A DNA stretch of 63,664 nucleotides, counting the filler, from Choristocarpus tenellus KU-1152 (lineage: Eukaryota > Protista > Phaeophyceae): NCBI GenBank assembly GCA_964200185.2. It is 14 parts of 14 records of this genome, joined end to end, with 100 filler letters (N's around TTAATTAATTAA, not from the genome) between each part and the next. Parts side by side here need not be neighbours in the genome. Positions count along the whole stretch, not along the records: positions 49,149 to 52,375 come from CAXNAD020021405.1; positions 52,476 to 60,004 come from CAXNAD020006012.1; positions 60,105 to 63,664 come from CAXNAD020019263.1; 11 more parts are not named here. One strand, 5' to 3'. Below are positions 49,947-63,664 of the stretch, one piece after another. The notes below the pieces were generated by a model. It ran no database searches. It had not been told where the DNA came from and saw nothing but the letters and a program-made list of their open reading frames with translations. Both the position numbers and the translations under genes were made by a program. Position 1 is the first letter of the stretch; every line of letters starts with the position of its first letter.

Positions 49947-52249
49947 CGATTGGTGGAAGCATCTTCGAAGAGGCACTGGTCGTACTCGGACAGGGCCGCC
50001 ACAAAGATGACAGCCGTCACGTCATCAAAGCAGTGGATCCATTTCTTCCTCTCATTTCGCTGTCCACCCACATCATACATCTCAAACGTGGACCCGTCGA
50101 TCTCGTACCTGATAAGGTTCCACATTCTTGGTAAGTACACCGCCGATCTCATTTACTCATCACTAGTCATCGCTGTGGTCAACCGATAAACGCCTGCCTT
50201 ACTACACCTCTCGAGTACCCCTGCATCACAAGAGACCGATCCAAACATCCCTCGATATTTCCACTTAGAGGGGTTTCCAGACCTTGAGTGCTTCAAATAC
50301 TTTCGATGCTGATGAAAAAAAGGGTTCACACAACAACAGGTGTGTCTTCTTGAAATAATAATTCGCACCTAAACAGATTTGTGTCTGTATGTCTTGCCTG
50401 AACAAATGCGACTCCGAGAAGTTCCATGATTTCACACCGGCTCTTCATACGCACGTATGTGCGTTCAACACGCACACGAATGATGCTATCACTGTGCAAC
50501 ACATCCTAAACCACCTTCACCTTCACCTTCACCACGAAAGCAGAATATCTCAAAGCATCAGAGACATTGAAAAAAAATCCACATGCTTTGCTTTGCTTTG
50601 CTTTTTTCTTTCTTTTTAAGGAGGTAGAGATAATATTTCTACCCTAAGACGACCTAACCTGACCCAACCTAACCCAACCCAAGGCTCCACACAAGCCCAA
50701 AACCACCAATACTACTATAACTACCTTCCACTCACTTGCAATATCAATAACGCCTGCGGAGGATGTTAATAATAATAATAACAATAATAATAATGATAAT
50801 AATAATAAAAATAATAATAATGATAATAATAATAATAATAATAATGATAATAATAATAATGATAATAATAATAATGATAATAATAATAATAACAATAATA
50901 ATAATGATAATGATAATAATAACAATAACAACAACAACTAGTCCTGGGCAACACACACAGAGTAGGGGCATCATAAGGGGAGGGAGGAGGACAGGGGAGA
51001 GAACTTTAGATCAGCACAATAGCCTCCCCCCCCCCCCACATACCTTTCAGTGACAATGCCTGATGTCCGTACTCGGGAGTACAAGACGTCCTGCTGCGTG
51101 GCCACGTAGTCATCAGGCATAATCCTGTCCATTGCATTGAAGTAGAACTTCACAGACTCCACTATCTGGTACTCTGAACGGCGTTCCCAAATCTTGCAGG
51201 CGTTGGTGATGGTGATCACGGTGGTGGCAGGGGATGAAAAAAGGAAGCAAAAAGTTCAAGAAGAGGAGGGAGAGGGGGTACAAGGAGATAGATTAGATGG
51301 TTAGAAAGGTTCCGCATGCCAAGACATGTATGCAATAATGCCAAGACATGTATGCAATAATGATTGGACGCGAGCTCCCTTTTGCAGAATCACAACAACT
51401 ATAGGAAAATAAATAAATACAAAAAGTCTCCAAAACACTTCCTTTCCAGTATCACCAACAAAAAACAAACATAATACTCACCAAAACAAGAGGCCCTACA
51501 GATTAGAATTTCAGAACACGTCCCCTCCCCCCCCCCATCCAGCCTCAAAAGGATGAGATTTCTTCTCTACCACTACTACAGGGACTTACGCATCATCCCA
51601 TTGAATGTCTATGAGTCACAACAGAGAGCAACAGAGGAACACAACAATCTACCTGCTGGCAAGTTTTCGAACCAAGCACCCATGAACCTAGTGAAAATGA
51701 AGCAGTAACCTGACCACCTCTTCCCATGCATAGCGGACCCTGCTCAAGGTGAATCACACAACAACAGTTCACCGCTCATGGATCCCATCGAGAATATCTC
51801 ACCATTAGACTTTCTTACCCCCCCTTCCTCCATCCAGTACAGGCCACACCAAAAATGCGTCTCAAAATTCCAATGCAACGGGCCCGTTGCACACACACTG
51901 GCTTGATATATTTTTCATGCATGCATATATATATATAAATGCATACATACATACATAACACACATCCCCACAAACACACACATACATACATACATACAGA
52001 CATACATACCCACTTACCCACACACATACATACATACATACATACGTACATATACATATACACACACAAATACAAACACAAGACAATAAACAACCACAAA
52101 AATACACACACACACACAAGTTAACATACCCTTTGCATGGCCTCATCCGTCCAGAGGTCTCTAATCGCCGTGCCCAGCACCATATCGATGACTGCATTGT
52201 CCTCACAGTTCTTCACCATCTCATACGCCTCTTTGCATGCAATGTTCTC
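49947..52249 (-). CDS. Heterotrimeric G-protein alpha subunit; internal exons 52130-52249, 51044-51192, 49947-50108
   Basis: [13 protein letters not shown]|[18 protein letters not shown]...[16 protein letters not shown]|[49 protein letters not shown]. These contain switch I (RVRTSGI) and G3/switch II (DVGGQR). Confidence 0.97.
50767..50939. repeat. (AAT/GAT/AAC)n trinucleotide microsatellite in a G-alpha intron
   Basis: Seen directly. It produces the spurious poly-I/L/Y ORFs. Confidence 0.97.
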
Positions 52250-53444
52250 CTGCATGGGGAACACCAACCAAATTGGCACCATCGACAACATAGTATCTAT
52301 CAACAGTCAGGAGCAACCCCCCTCTTCCTAACACTTCATCATCACCACATATATATATGGACCAAAGTATCTGGGNNNNNNNNNNNNNNNNNNNNNNNNN
52401 NNNNNNNNNNNNNNNNNNNTTAATTAATTAANNNNNNNNNNNNNNNNNNNNNNNNNNNNNNNNNNNNNNNNNNNNCTCTCTATTTGTAGCGCATAAAAGA
52501 GCAATTCAGACAGGAGCTACACACCTGACTCATTCCCCCCTCCCCCCAGACTGAGACCAAATCTGTCACATCTTTTTTCTTGACTTCGTTTTTTCCCTTC
52601 TATGGAAGTTAGCAAGCAAAAGCAGTCTCTTCTCATAAGAGACATTTTCAAAAACTGTGTCGCACAGAAAGCAGAAAAAAATATATACTTCCACCTATTT
52701 TACCCTTTCCTTTTACTCACATCTCAACACCTGACAAAAACGATCAAGTCTTTCTACTACCCCCCCAAGGGCCACAACACCTATTCCACCAACTCCCCAC
52801 CCTTAATTAACCCATCATCTACCGTAATATTTAAACCCCATTCATCACTGTACTGCCACACCCACTTCAACACAAGAAGGTTTCAATTGAGGGTGTGACT
52901 GTTGCATTTCCCCTCAATGTGTCGCTACAAAAAAAAAAGTACACATATGTTCCAATTAACTACGGTTTCGCCTCCCAAACAAAATATAAGTTGACATCAT
53001 GTGGTACTTGAAAAACCATCTTCTCAGGCGCGACTCAATCTTTGTACGGATTCGTACATACACATTAAAGAAAAAAAACAGAGCAGATGCCTCAGACTCC
53101 GACTAAAATATTACACCTTTGAAGAAGCCTGTGGTACATGGAGAACTCACGGCCGCTACAAAATGTTGTCAGAATCATGATCAGCACGCCTCCCAAGACC
53201 CCCAACATATTCTTCTGGTTGTTCCTCCAACAATTGAATTCGATTTTTGTACCATCCATCTTGGAGATCACAGTTGCTATCTGCATAGTTACTTCCACCC
53301 ACCCTGCAAACCCCTCTACGTCCACCCTTGTCCTCCCAACCCCCACAAGCCCCAATTACCAACACACCACTGTACCAGGCGACACCCCAGGATTCACTAG
53401 AGCACTCATTTCCCTTCTCCAGTAGGGCACTCCGCACAACCCAC

Positions 53445-54577
53445 CTGATTGGAGCAGCAGGCATAATCCCCCCAGCCCCGCCCAGGCAACCTGCAGTGAC
53501 ACTGCTGCTAGAAGTGTGAGCTAGGAGCTCAAGGAAACGATGCCCCGGGATAACCTCAGGGTTAAGCACCCAAATGTACCTGAGTTTTTTCCATGCGGAG
53601 GTGTAATCTCAGATATAAATATATCAACCCGGTTCACGTCCATTCTGCATCGATAATGCCAAGATACTTTGTCATGGTTGGGAGAGCAGGTTAGTGGATT
53701 GGAGCCTCCCATCACTCTACAACCAACAGCAGAATTTTTCCCCCTTCGTGCTTGTTGATGCGTGCACAAGATAAACATACACGCTAGAGCTCTTCAGCAG
53801 TGCAGGGGTGCAGCAAAAAAAAATACCAACAATACAATTGAGGGGGTAGAGGACATTGCTGGGCAAACGCGTCAAATTGGCCCAATGCGACTTTTTGGTC
53901 ATCACAAGGGTGCACTTTTCTCCTTTCACAGATGTTCCCCTGCCCCCATTGATCTTAGAGACGTATCGCAGTCGTACTTGAAAATTATTGCTATACACAG
54001 AGCACAAAAAAACCCTTTGTAAATATCTTCCAAAGTATGTCCACACCCACAGTACCATCCAAAGCTGGAAGAGTGCTACCATATATTGGTTTTGGACATT
54101 TAAAAAAAAAAAATGAACTTGGTTTGCCCTGTATGCTCTAATGAATGTTCTGTTCATGATTATACTTTGACAAAAGTACGCAGGTGTCTGTCTGCACCCC
54201 CTATACCTCAATTCGTACATCCAAACGGAAATAAAGGATCGAAGTATACCTTCTCCCACTAACACCGCAAAAGAGCATCCTGTACTCCAAGCAACCCCAG
54301 CTTTACCCACAACCGATATCGTAAGCCATGATCCTCACTTGGTACCAGCTTGCATCGCCAGTTGAAATCGAGCATAACCCTCCAAGAACACATCCCCCAG
54401 ACTCCCTCCTCCTAGGCCTTGTCTTTCATCATTGTATCCCCACATCCCGATCCCGAGGTCAGAGGTAATGGTCTGCAGCCTCCCCTCAAAGGCTCCCTTC
54501 TTCTTGAAGGACTCCACCACCTCCACCATAGTCCCAGAGTCTGGTCCCTCTTCAGAGTCAAATGAGCAAACCCACAC
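53445..54577 (-). CDS. Glycosyltransferase family 2-like protein (similar to the plant At5g60700-type family); exons 54339-54577 and ~53445-53579
   Basis: A phase-2 GT-AG join gives VWVCSFDS...GYARFQLAMQAGTK|YIWVLNPEVIPGHRFLELLAH...GCLGGAGGIMP. This parallels the plant family pattern as I recall it: VWVLSFGS...YGRFQMALQ....VYILDDDMIPG...L..L.H...VLGSIGRILP. Confidence 0.6.
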
Positions 54578-57500
54578 CTGAAGTTCGATCCACGGCATGC
54601 CAAAGCATTTTAAGGGAGAAGGGGGATTGGGACATGGGGCAAGGGTCTGTGGAGAAGGAGTTACCACTCCCTCATCTGAAGATATGCACATACGTTAAAT
54701 AGTGACATGGTATCCGATTCCATCACTCTTGTTATCTTTTCGATCGGAAAAAACATTTTCAGACGTGTCAGTGACAGGGAGGAAGAGAGAGGGGCAGGGG
54801 CAGGGATTAAGAGGGGGGGGTTGTAGACTCTGAATCCAATAACCTACACAGTGTAATGTGGCTTGGTGGATGCACTCCTTACTCTGTATAAGCAAGGTCC
54901 AGGGGTTTCTCTTGCCTACCATTTACTAAACTGCCTGATCAGAGCCAGTCTCCCTTCCAGTCTGTACATGGGCAGGTCCAGGTACTCCATAGGGGAAACC
55001 AACATGGTCCGATTCTTGATGACTGGTACCAGCACAGAGGTGCCCTACTAACACTAGGGCTGACATCTGCCCACCCACTTAATTGCCTTGCAGAAACATA
55101 TACGCTCATGGAGGGATTCAAACCCAGGACTCTGGAGGAGTATGTGAAGTGAGCAATGTGGTGGAGTGCTGTAGGGAGCAAGCATCCTCCGCACAAAAAC
55201 ATGAGGTATAACAGCTACTACTGTGGTGTTCAATAATAATTCAACAAACATCCTGTCCTTGCGAACCAATGCACAAGTGCAACAGAGGCACTCAACCACA
55301 CATATGAAAGCAAGGCCATAGCTTCTCCTCTTACCTCACGTGGCTGTACACTGGAAGACACAAGCATGTCCAGTTGTGCATTCAGAGATGGTGAGTTTGT
55401 CAGTACCACCTGGCATTTGGACACAACCAGGGAAGTGGATAGTTCCATATAGTTGGAGAAGAAGTGAGTCATACAAAGATATATATCAGATATCAAGCAA
55501 GCAAAGCAACCGGAAGGGGAAAGACATGCCGTGGTGCATATAGGAGAGGCAATAATTTGCTCCGCCCGTTGACCCTGACCTCACTTCAGCATGAACAGAA
55601 CGAAGAGAAATCCTGAGCAGTTGCACTTGCCAGTAATTTCGAAAAGCAAAGGAGGGGTAGAGTGTTTGACCACTGGGGATAATCCCCAATTCGCTAGCGC
55701 AGTCAAAAGAAGAGTACAAACAAGGCCCCACGCTCATTTTTGTCTCTTACCCCTCCCAAGCGTGATACATTTCACAACCTACCGTGACGTCCGCGTGAGA
55801 TGGCATGCCAGTGCTTCCCCGCCAATCGGAGGGCAGCTCCAGGAGATCCCCCAGGGTGTATGGCCTGTGGGGTTGTCGTTCAGCTTGCCTTAGACAAGAC
55901 GAGGCGAAACGAAAATAGGGAAGAAAGAGGCCTCACAACATGGGATGGAGATTTCCATATCCTTGCTGTGAAACAAGGGAGGGATGAAGAAGGACGAGCG
56001 GTAGAGAGGGTTGCACCCTCCTCCATGTGAGCAAAGCTAAAATGGGCAATGCAGACTCCTCCTGGTGGCTAAGCTTTTCCAAGGAGCCGCACAATGCGCT
56101 CACCATGAAGCCCCCACTGTCTGATCATCTAGCTCCCATTTATTACTGCTTGGGACCTGGGTGGTCTTCCTCGTCCCATGCTTTCGTCGCGGAAACAAAG
56201 GTAAACTCCCTAGCACCAAGAGTAGAGTGACTGTTGTTCACCGTGATCAGCCCAGAGGGACGATGTTCAATAAAATAAGTGTTGACAAATATCGTGTTGC
56301 AAAGGGTTACGAGGGAACTCGTTACGTTCGATCAAGTGGAGATTTGGCAATGACAAGGACGGGCGTTTTCCCTTCTGGTGGTTAGCACTTGGGTTTGGCA
56401 TGAAACTAAACTGGCACCAATTTGAGGATTCTAGTCGAGGAAATTACTTTTTGAAACTCTACGAGTCACACAAAAATTGGAAAGATATGGGTTTATGGAT
56501 CTCCTACCCGCAATCACTGGACGTCGGAAACACCCACACCCGTTACGTTCTGTCGCCTCCAAGCCCCGCTTCTCTTCTATGCCTCTTTTGTCTCCACCAT
56601 AAGGGTTCTTGTGGGTTACGAGGAGTGCATCTGCTGTAGAACCCACAGAGCTTCGCTTATGAAGCATCTCTCCCTCACTGCCCAGAAGGGATGCTAGGCT
56701 AATACCTCAGCTTCCAGCGTGTGGTCGAACATAACTCAGAAGATAGACATCCTCTCAAAACCTACAATTCATTTTTCATTTTTTCGACCCAAATCATTAT
56801 TTACTTCTTATGAGAAATCTATCTACATTATACTCACCCCATGAGACAATAAAAAAAGTCCTCGTGAGAGAGACACAGCAGGGGTGTGGGTGGGGATAGT
56901 GATACCTAATGGGACGTGGGGCCCCCGAGAACTGAGATTTGGGAAAGTGGACGTGTATCTTGAGCATAGTTATACCTCGGTGCTCAGGGTTAGGGGGGAT
57001 AAGTGTGAAAAAAGCTTACTGGACGCCTCCTGATACATGCCTGCCTGGTGTAGTGGTGGGGGCAAATCAGGCTCGCCGTGCCTCCAGGAGTCAGGAGTGT
57101 GGAAGGGAACGTGTGGTAAATGAAAAGGCGGCAGTCAAACGGAGTTCCTCCGGGGGGTTATGGTTCTTTAGCGTGCGCACCTGCGAGGTGGGAGAAAACG
57201 ATTTGACTTAGAGTGTTCTGAGGCCTGCCGCGTGTTTCTGTAACTGATGCGTGGTTATGTAATGAGACAGTGTACCAATCTCATGGATCGCTATCTCTTG
57301 TAGCATTGGACATGATATAGGCCATCAATTATTACCTTTCTTCGCTCGCAGCCGGCACAGGGAACTTGTTTTGTCCCTTACCCATTCCCCCTTTGGTCCT
57401 CAACCTCATGTGTACTCGTCACCCCTTCGTGCACTAAATATTATAATAATAATGCTAGCAAATAGTTAGGTATATCTTGTTGAGGGCATGGATGGTATTG

Positions 57501-60104
57501 CGATCTCGTGGAGGCTGAGAACGTCGGGTGATGCTTATGCATCGATTCTTGTGCCTTTCCCTTCGGAGTTTCTCAGACCCAGACTCTGATTCTGTACCTC
57601 CTGAGCGACATAAAATCTTGCCCTTACGTCTTGCCTATCCCAAGTTGCGCATTTTTTGGGAACGGGTTATGGTTATCTGGGTGTAGTTAGTACATGTGGA
57701 TGGGCTTGATCCCTCCCCTTTGTATTTTTTTCGGCCTCCCACTAAATTGAATAGAGGCGGGGTTTTCTTTCTCATCTATGTGCCTTCGTTCCAACAACAA
57801 TGGTTAGTTAAGACCCTGAGAAGGTAGCGTTAGGAAAATATCCCTCAAGCACACAATCTGATGGCGATCTGCTGTGTTCCCTTTGAAACAAGTTCCTCAA
57901 ACTGTCTCAACATCTCTTCTTTCCACTCTTTTGCTGCATGAAGGCGTTCCGCCTCTCGTTGTGCTATAAGCCGATCTCGAAGTCGGGACGTAAGCAGCTC
58001 CAGCAGTCGAAGTCGAAGTCGAAGCCACAGCCACAGCACACGTAGCAGCAGGTAACGAATGGTTCACTCTTTCCCCCCTTCCAATTCCTCCCCTTGACCG
58101 ACGAAGATTTAAAAATTGAGACTCTGTCACTTCCTCATGTTTGAGTGAGAGGATATTAGAATACCCAGCTACCAGTGGGGGCATTCTATCACATTTCCAT
58201 GACTTTCCCCCCTATCCCTAGCCAGTGCATTTGTTTTTTCGCTGTAAAATGTTCTCTACGAGTGATTAGTTAATTGGTTTGATATTTTTTTGCCTATGGA
58301 AATACTGCTCTTTGTTGAGTCCTGCCGATTTGTCCAGTGCTCTTGGCACTATATATTGGATTCTCCGTGAGAGCGCTTCTTCACTTTTTTTTGCAGACAC
58401 CTCTCAACTAGGAGTGGGTGTCTATCGATGAATTACCTGTTTGCTCAAACTTCCTTGGAGGTCAATTTGTATGCTATCATAATTCTAATCTTACCCAATG
58501 GCCCTAGCCTTTTTGGGGAAGGGAGTATTTAGTTGGCGTTTCTGCTGTGAGTATCCTGGAATCACCAAAAGGATTTCAGCCCAGAAGCATTGTTTTTCTT
58601 TATTCAAGTTGTTGCTTAGTCCTTTCGCAGAGGCTATATATCCTCCTTAACATGTCTCAGGATAGCAACCACACGCTTTGCCTGGTGGTCAAGGACTTGA
58701 AATGCTGCTCAATAGTGCCTTCCTGGTTGGTGGGATATCTGTTTACCTATCTTAAGGGGGGGGGTTGCGCTTATCCACCCCTTGCTCCCGCCGTCTACTG
58801 TTGCTCTCCCCTTTGTACCTTTTTTGTTAGGGAAAGGAGGAGGAAGAGGAGGAGGCAACGGCGTCGGCGCAACCGATCTCAATCGAGCTCCTCGTCAGCC
58901 TCTGGCTCAAGGTGACAACATAAAGGAGATTGTGGGGAGGAGGCATGAGGTTTTTTCTTGTAGCATTATTTGTCATAATCTTGTTGCACCTTTGTTTTTG
59001 CTGCTGTAGAGCTTTAGGGGTAGAGCTGTCTGTTCGTGCACTGTAGTTGCCCCTCTGCAGTTCCTGTTTGATTTAGACCTAAATTTGTTTTTTTGTGTTA
59101 GTGGTGCTAGGGGAGAGGAAATGTGGAGACTTGTTCAGTTTATGTGAAGGTTTGACCTCCTTTCCATGACAAACATTTTCCTGCAAATCTTTGACTTTAT
59201 TAGCCAGACTTCACGGTGTGCTCCATCCTGTCCAGATTTGTAAGTTCCACCTTTGGGATGGCATCAAAAAGTTGTGCAATTGTGATGGTAGAGTCCCCTA
59301 TAACACTTGGCTTGAAAGTTGCCTCATGAGCATTTTCTGGCTCAGAGTCCCATGTGATATACCTCCTTCCTGAATTTCCAAGATCACAGCTCTCAAGAGG
59401 CAGTGGTTAAGCATCTGTTAGCCAACTTGTTCTCAGTGATGACAACATTACTAGTAGCACTAATATTACGATCAAGGGGGTAGGTGATCTTTCATGATCA
59501 ATGATTTGTTTGTGCAGATGTTTTTTCTAATCTCGTGCTGCCTCGCCCTTACACATTGATACAACTCAGTCCCTTAAAAATAGTTCCAATCTACCCACCA
59601 CCACCTGCCTTCCCTTCATGCCTCTGCATATGCATGTTCAATTTCTATCTTGCCCTGTTCTGTTTTTCATGGGTGGTGGCATCTGTCTGGGCATGATACA
59701 GCAGCAGCTCTGATTCCCTTACGAGTAGCCGTCGATGGGGGTCGGCAAATGGAAGGGGTAGTTCTCGTCACTCTCTCCGCATGTCACTCCCTGGTGGTGG
59801 AAATCAGTACAGAGCTGTCAAGGACTATGCCTCTATGGCGACCCCCAGCTCCAAGGATTCGCACTCACTGTACACTGGTAGGGCTGCTGTTCCCTCAAAG
59901 GTCTCACCGCCTTGCTTCAAGGGGAATAGTGGGGGACTGGGGATAGGCAGAGGGATGGGGGGAGGGGGCATGGGCGGTAAGGATTATGCTAGCCTTGCTA
60001 CTGGNNNNNNNNNNNNNNNNNNNNNNNNNNNNNNNNNNNNNNNNNNNNTTAATTAATTAANNNNNNNNNNNNNNNNNNNNNNNNNNNNNNNNNNNNNNNN
60101 NNNN

Positions 60105-60199
60105 ATGCTGGAAAGATAATGGAAATACCCTTTTCCTAATTTTTGTCCGAATGGGCCCTCTGATGGAGACCCCCCCCCCCCCCACAGATACTTCGGGTC
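60105..60199 (+). mobile_element. MITE family B right end at a contig edge
   Basis: A C-run followed by ACAGATACTTCGGGTC. Confidence 0.6.
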
Positions 60200-61885
60200 G
60201 CAGGTAAGTAACGTGTAAGTTACAAGATGGGACTGGCATTCGTTAGGTTGGGGAGTAGATGCGGGTGGGGTGCTGTGGAGGTGGTGGCAGCGGTTTTTTG
60301 TGCGTGCAAACGACATATATACAGCAATCGTGAGTGCCAACGAAAGGCTTGCAACTGAAATAGCCTCAGGCGCTAGAAAGCACGAGGCACATCGATTTGA
60401 TTTCACTCAATGTTGGGGTGTGGACGCGGGGGGACGGCTCATAGGATCCGACAATGGTGTCCTAAGGTGTTGTGGTTGCACATGGGTGTGTTGTTGCTCA
60501 GTTAGAGACCTGCTGCCGTGCCTGAAGAAATCGTGGTATGATGTTTAATTCTGTCGCATCAAGAGATCCAGGGGTGCATGGCAGAAGCAGCAGAAGCGAA
60601 TCCATTGTTGGTTGGGAAATCGGGAGTTAATATATCTAGAATGGGCAGAACACGCTGAGGAGGATACCCCGCTATATGTAGAGCCTCAACAGCAGCCTTG
60701 AGTCTGGGAAATATATACTGTGTTTTTTGTAGGGCTTGAAAAAGTGCGAATGAATTTGGTCAGGGAATAGAGAGTAACAATGCCCACGACCAACAATGCC
60801 CACTTCTTGCCTGTTGATCATTCTCTTTGCTCTGATGCCCTCTTACTGCCATCCCCCATAAACACCTTTTCACTGTTCTCCCCCGCCCTTTCCCCCCAAC
60901 TGCTGTCCTTCAGTTGGTTATTGGGGCTGGATCTCGAGTGAGGTATAGTGCCACTGTAGTGGCCGTCACAGCCTGTGACGCCCATGTCGTCCTCCAGAAC
61001 GGGATAGCAAATGCAATGGAACAAAAAATGAGGCAACCCAAGGTCCTAAAGGAGCTGGACGAGCTCAAGGTCTCTACATTCTATTGATCAGTTGGAAAAG
61101 TGAAAAAAAGACTACCAAGGCTTACCAAATCTATTGTGAACATATGCTACAATGTACCGGTCCCATGAAGTGTTCAGTGAGGTTCGACCACAAATGTATA
61201 GAGAGAGGTAGTGAATTACTGAGGGAAATAATTTTTCCTGATGACAAGATCTCTCATGAAATGTCTAACCTGTGATCCTCATTCTGTTGGTGCAAGCACA
61301 GTGGAAGTCGTGCAAATCATCAACGCTAGATTAGATACGACATCTCGACATGATACTATACTTCTTGACTGCAAGCAAATCCCATCAACAATAAGTAAAA
61401 AAATATTATTAACAACCTCAATGGCTTCATTGCTTCTTTTCAATACTAAACACGGTGCCGTCCATTATCATTCCCCAAGCTAGCATACTTGAAACCTAAC
61501 CCTGGCCTTAACCACAAGCGTTAACTCTAATCCTTACCCTTCATTTGATGTCGTGGACCTTCCGTCAGGACACATCTAAACTGGCTAGGTGGAAGGGACG
61601 AGTTATTCGGGAGCTGATGGGGGAGGCAGAGGAAGAAGCAGCAAGGCAAGAAGGATTGAAATGATATTTCACCCCCCGTGATCATCTTTAACATTACTAA
61701 ATATACAGCCACTACTAATATATATATATACATACATCCTGATTTCAATACCAATATCCAACTGATGCAGTTTCTCTCTTTTTCTTCACTCATTATTCCC
61801 ATACCTTTTTTGGTGTACCTTTTCTCAGTCAATATAGCAAGCATATTCTACTCCTGTCTTCTTTAGTATACTTACAGTAGAGTCA

Positions 61886-62144
61886 GACCCAAAGCATTTA
61901 AGGGGGTAGGGCCGCATCCGATCAGGTTCACAAATCCAATGTTGCGATTTTTGGCTAATTTTGGCTATCATATTGTTAGCGAGTGTCAATATCCTTGCAC
62001 CGGACACACCTCTTTGTAGTCGTATACATCTTAGGTAACTACGTGAACACAGAAAACCAAAGAATGGCATAAAAAAAAAGTGGGAAGCCAAGCCCCAAAC
62101 GGACAATCAGGACAAAACTCTTACCCTCTTAAATGCTTTGACTC
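61886..62144 (+). mobile_element. MITE family A, diverged copy
   Basis: GACCCAAAGCATTTAAGGGGGTA...TACCCTCTTAAATGCTTTGACTC, with an internal body shared with the other copies. Confidence 0.85.
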
Positions 62145-62511
62145 TCAATGCTGTTGTGAGGCAGCACCAACATGTAAGCAGTCTTCCAGTGATAGTGATG
62201 CCATATAAAAGTACATTCCTCTTGAGTTCTTTGTCGTCCTACAGGAGCAGGGCACGTTGTACTGTACCATCGGCAATGTCCTGGAAGTCCGTCCACTTTA
62301 CTGGCACCCTGAATCAATTGCATTGTTACGACAACTTCGAAAGGAAAACAGACGAACAAACCGTCCTTGTCGATACATATATCGCTTCCTACCTACCTGG
62401 AAAACAGTAACAGAAAAATGGCATCCGCGATGGAACAGCGACAGGTAGCGTGACCTCATATTCACAGAAAAGGACATAGATCTCGATTAATGGTGTATTA
62501 CTGTCCTTTTG

Positions 62512-62795
62512 GAGCCAAAGTATCTGAGAGGGTAGAGCCGCGTCCATTTGGGGGTCAAAATCCAATGTTCCGATTTTGATGTAATTTTGATGTAATTTTG
62601 ATGTAATTTTGACTATCGTGTTTTTTAGGAAGTGTCAATATCCTTGTTCCGCACATACCTTTTCATAACGTATAAATTTTACCTACTCCGAAACATATCG
62701 GAATAGAAAAATATCATAAAACACCTGTGTGAAGCCAAGCCCCAAGTGGACAAACAGGGCAAAACTCGTACCCTCTAAGATACATACTTTCACTC
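62512..62795 (+). mobile_element. MITE family A, TSD TTTG
   Basis: TTTG-GAGCCAAAGTATCTGAGAGGGTA...TACCCTCTAAGATACATACTTTCACTC-TTTG. Confidence 0.93.
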
Positions 62796-63664
62796 TTTGG
62801 ATTGGTCAAAGGCACTTGTAAGAGGCACTAACAACGTGATACAGGCCCCAGGCATGCAGGGTGTTCAAAATATTCAGCACCACAAGATGGAATATGAACA
62901 ATTTTTCTTCTCAAAGTGTAAAGAATAGTTATATACGTATTTGTTGCATAGGCGATGCAGTTGCTCGCTAGTGCGTTACAGGTGTTGATTGGTGGCAGCA
63001 GTTACGCTGGCACAGTGCAATATGAGAGGGGGTGTTAAGCTGTCCTTGACGATCTGTTGTCCCACACAACCAGTTATATTGTTGTTTATTAGCCTGTATC
63101 AGAGTTGCGAATAGAAGAGAGACACCATCACCAGATGGGGCTAACCAAAACCTTACAGTAAAGGACTCAGAATACCGAAAGACTCGACAGTTATCTAGAA
63201 CACATCGGAAAAACTCCGACTCTTAACTTCCCGCTAAATTTCTTCTGGTCAAATACCCTAACCCTAAATATCCCGAATGTCCTGCATCATCACTTGTGCG
63301 TACATAAAATATACGACTTCGAATGTTATTATCACAAATAATGATCAAGCATGATCTTGACAGGGGGGAAAGAAGCATCTGATATGTTTACAGATGCATA
63401 CATATGTGTGTGTATTACGCGCATCTTTGTCATTGTAGCCACAGGTATGGTCAGGAACAGAACACCCACCATCTGGAGAATATGATATAAATGGCAAAAT
63501 AGTCATGCCAATAATAGTGAACAGTAGTAAGATTAAAATAGTAATAGCAATAGCAATAGCAACAGTAGTAGAAATGGTAATAGTAATTGTGTGAAAGTGT
63601 CAAAGGTGCCAAGTTCTTTTTTACTCAAGGGGGCAATCACAATCACCGGACTGAACTCTTTCAC

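Noticed and set aside
50644-51053. Poly-Leu/Ile/Tyr ORFs resembling membrane proteins
   Set aside because: They are translations of an intronic AAT microsatellite.
51815-52206. Cys/Val/Tyr-rich ORFs
   Set aside because: They come from low-complexity CA/TACA repeats in a G-alpha intron.
30961-52249. LOV photoreceptor plus G-alpha as a linked light-signalling cluster (helmchrome/RGS-like)
   Set aside because: The genes are on different contigs separated by several linkers, so proximity in the window means nothing. No RGS domain was seen.

Overview
This is eukaryotic DNA, not one continuous locus. About 14 short contigs are joined by an artificial 100-bp linker (44 N + TTAATTAATTAA + 44 N) at 4904, 9437, 12050, 15859, 23674, 30544, 34939, 39553, 42467, 45586, 49049, 52376 and 60005. 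Intron-rich GT-AG genes, an aureochrome-type LOV domain and TTAGGG motifs suggest a photosynthetic stramenopile, possibly a brown alga (inference). Host gene fragments I spliced by hand are a UBLCP1-like ubiquitin-domain phosphatase (5' exons), a LOV photoreceptor with a long acidic tail, an ABCA transporter (second NBD), a G-protein alpha subunit, and a GT2-like glycosyltransferase that has lost its acidic motif. The most notable content is mobile. There are two decayed copies of an intron-rich Sola-like (DUF7869-type) DDD transposase and two related MITE families; the main family has GAG...CTC ends and 4-bp target-site duplications. A repeated spliced gene encodes a PHD-like finger plus a region resembling a beta-class N6/N4 DNA methyltransferase, and in one contig it sits head-to-head with the transposase. 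There is also a gag-only LTR element. All protein-family calls come from recalled motifs, not database searches.
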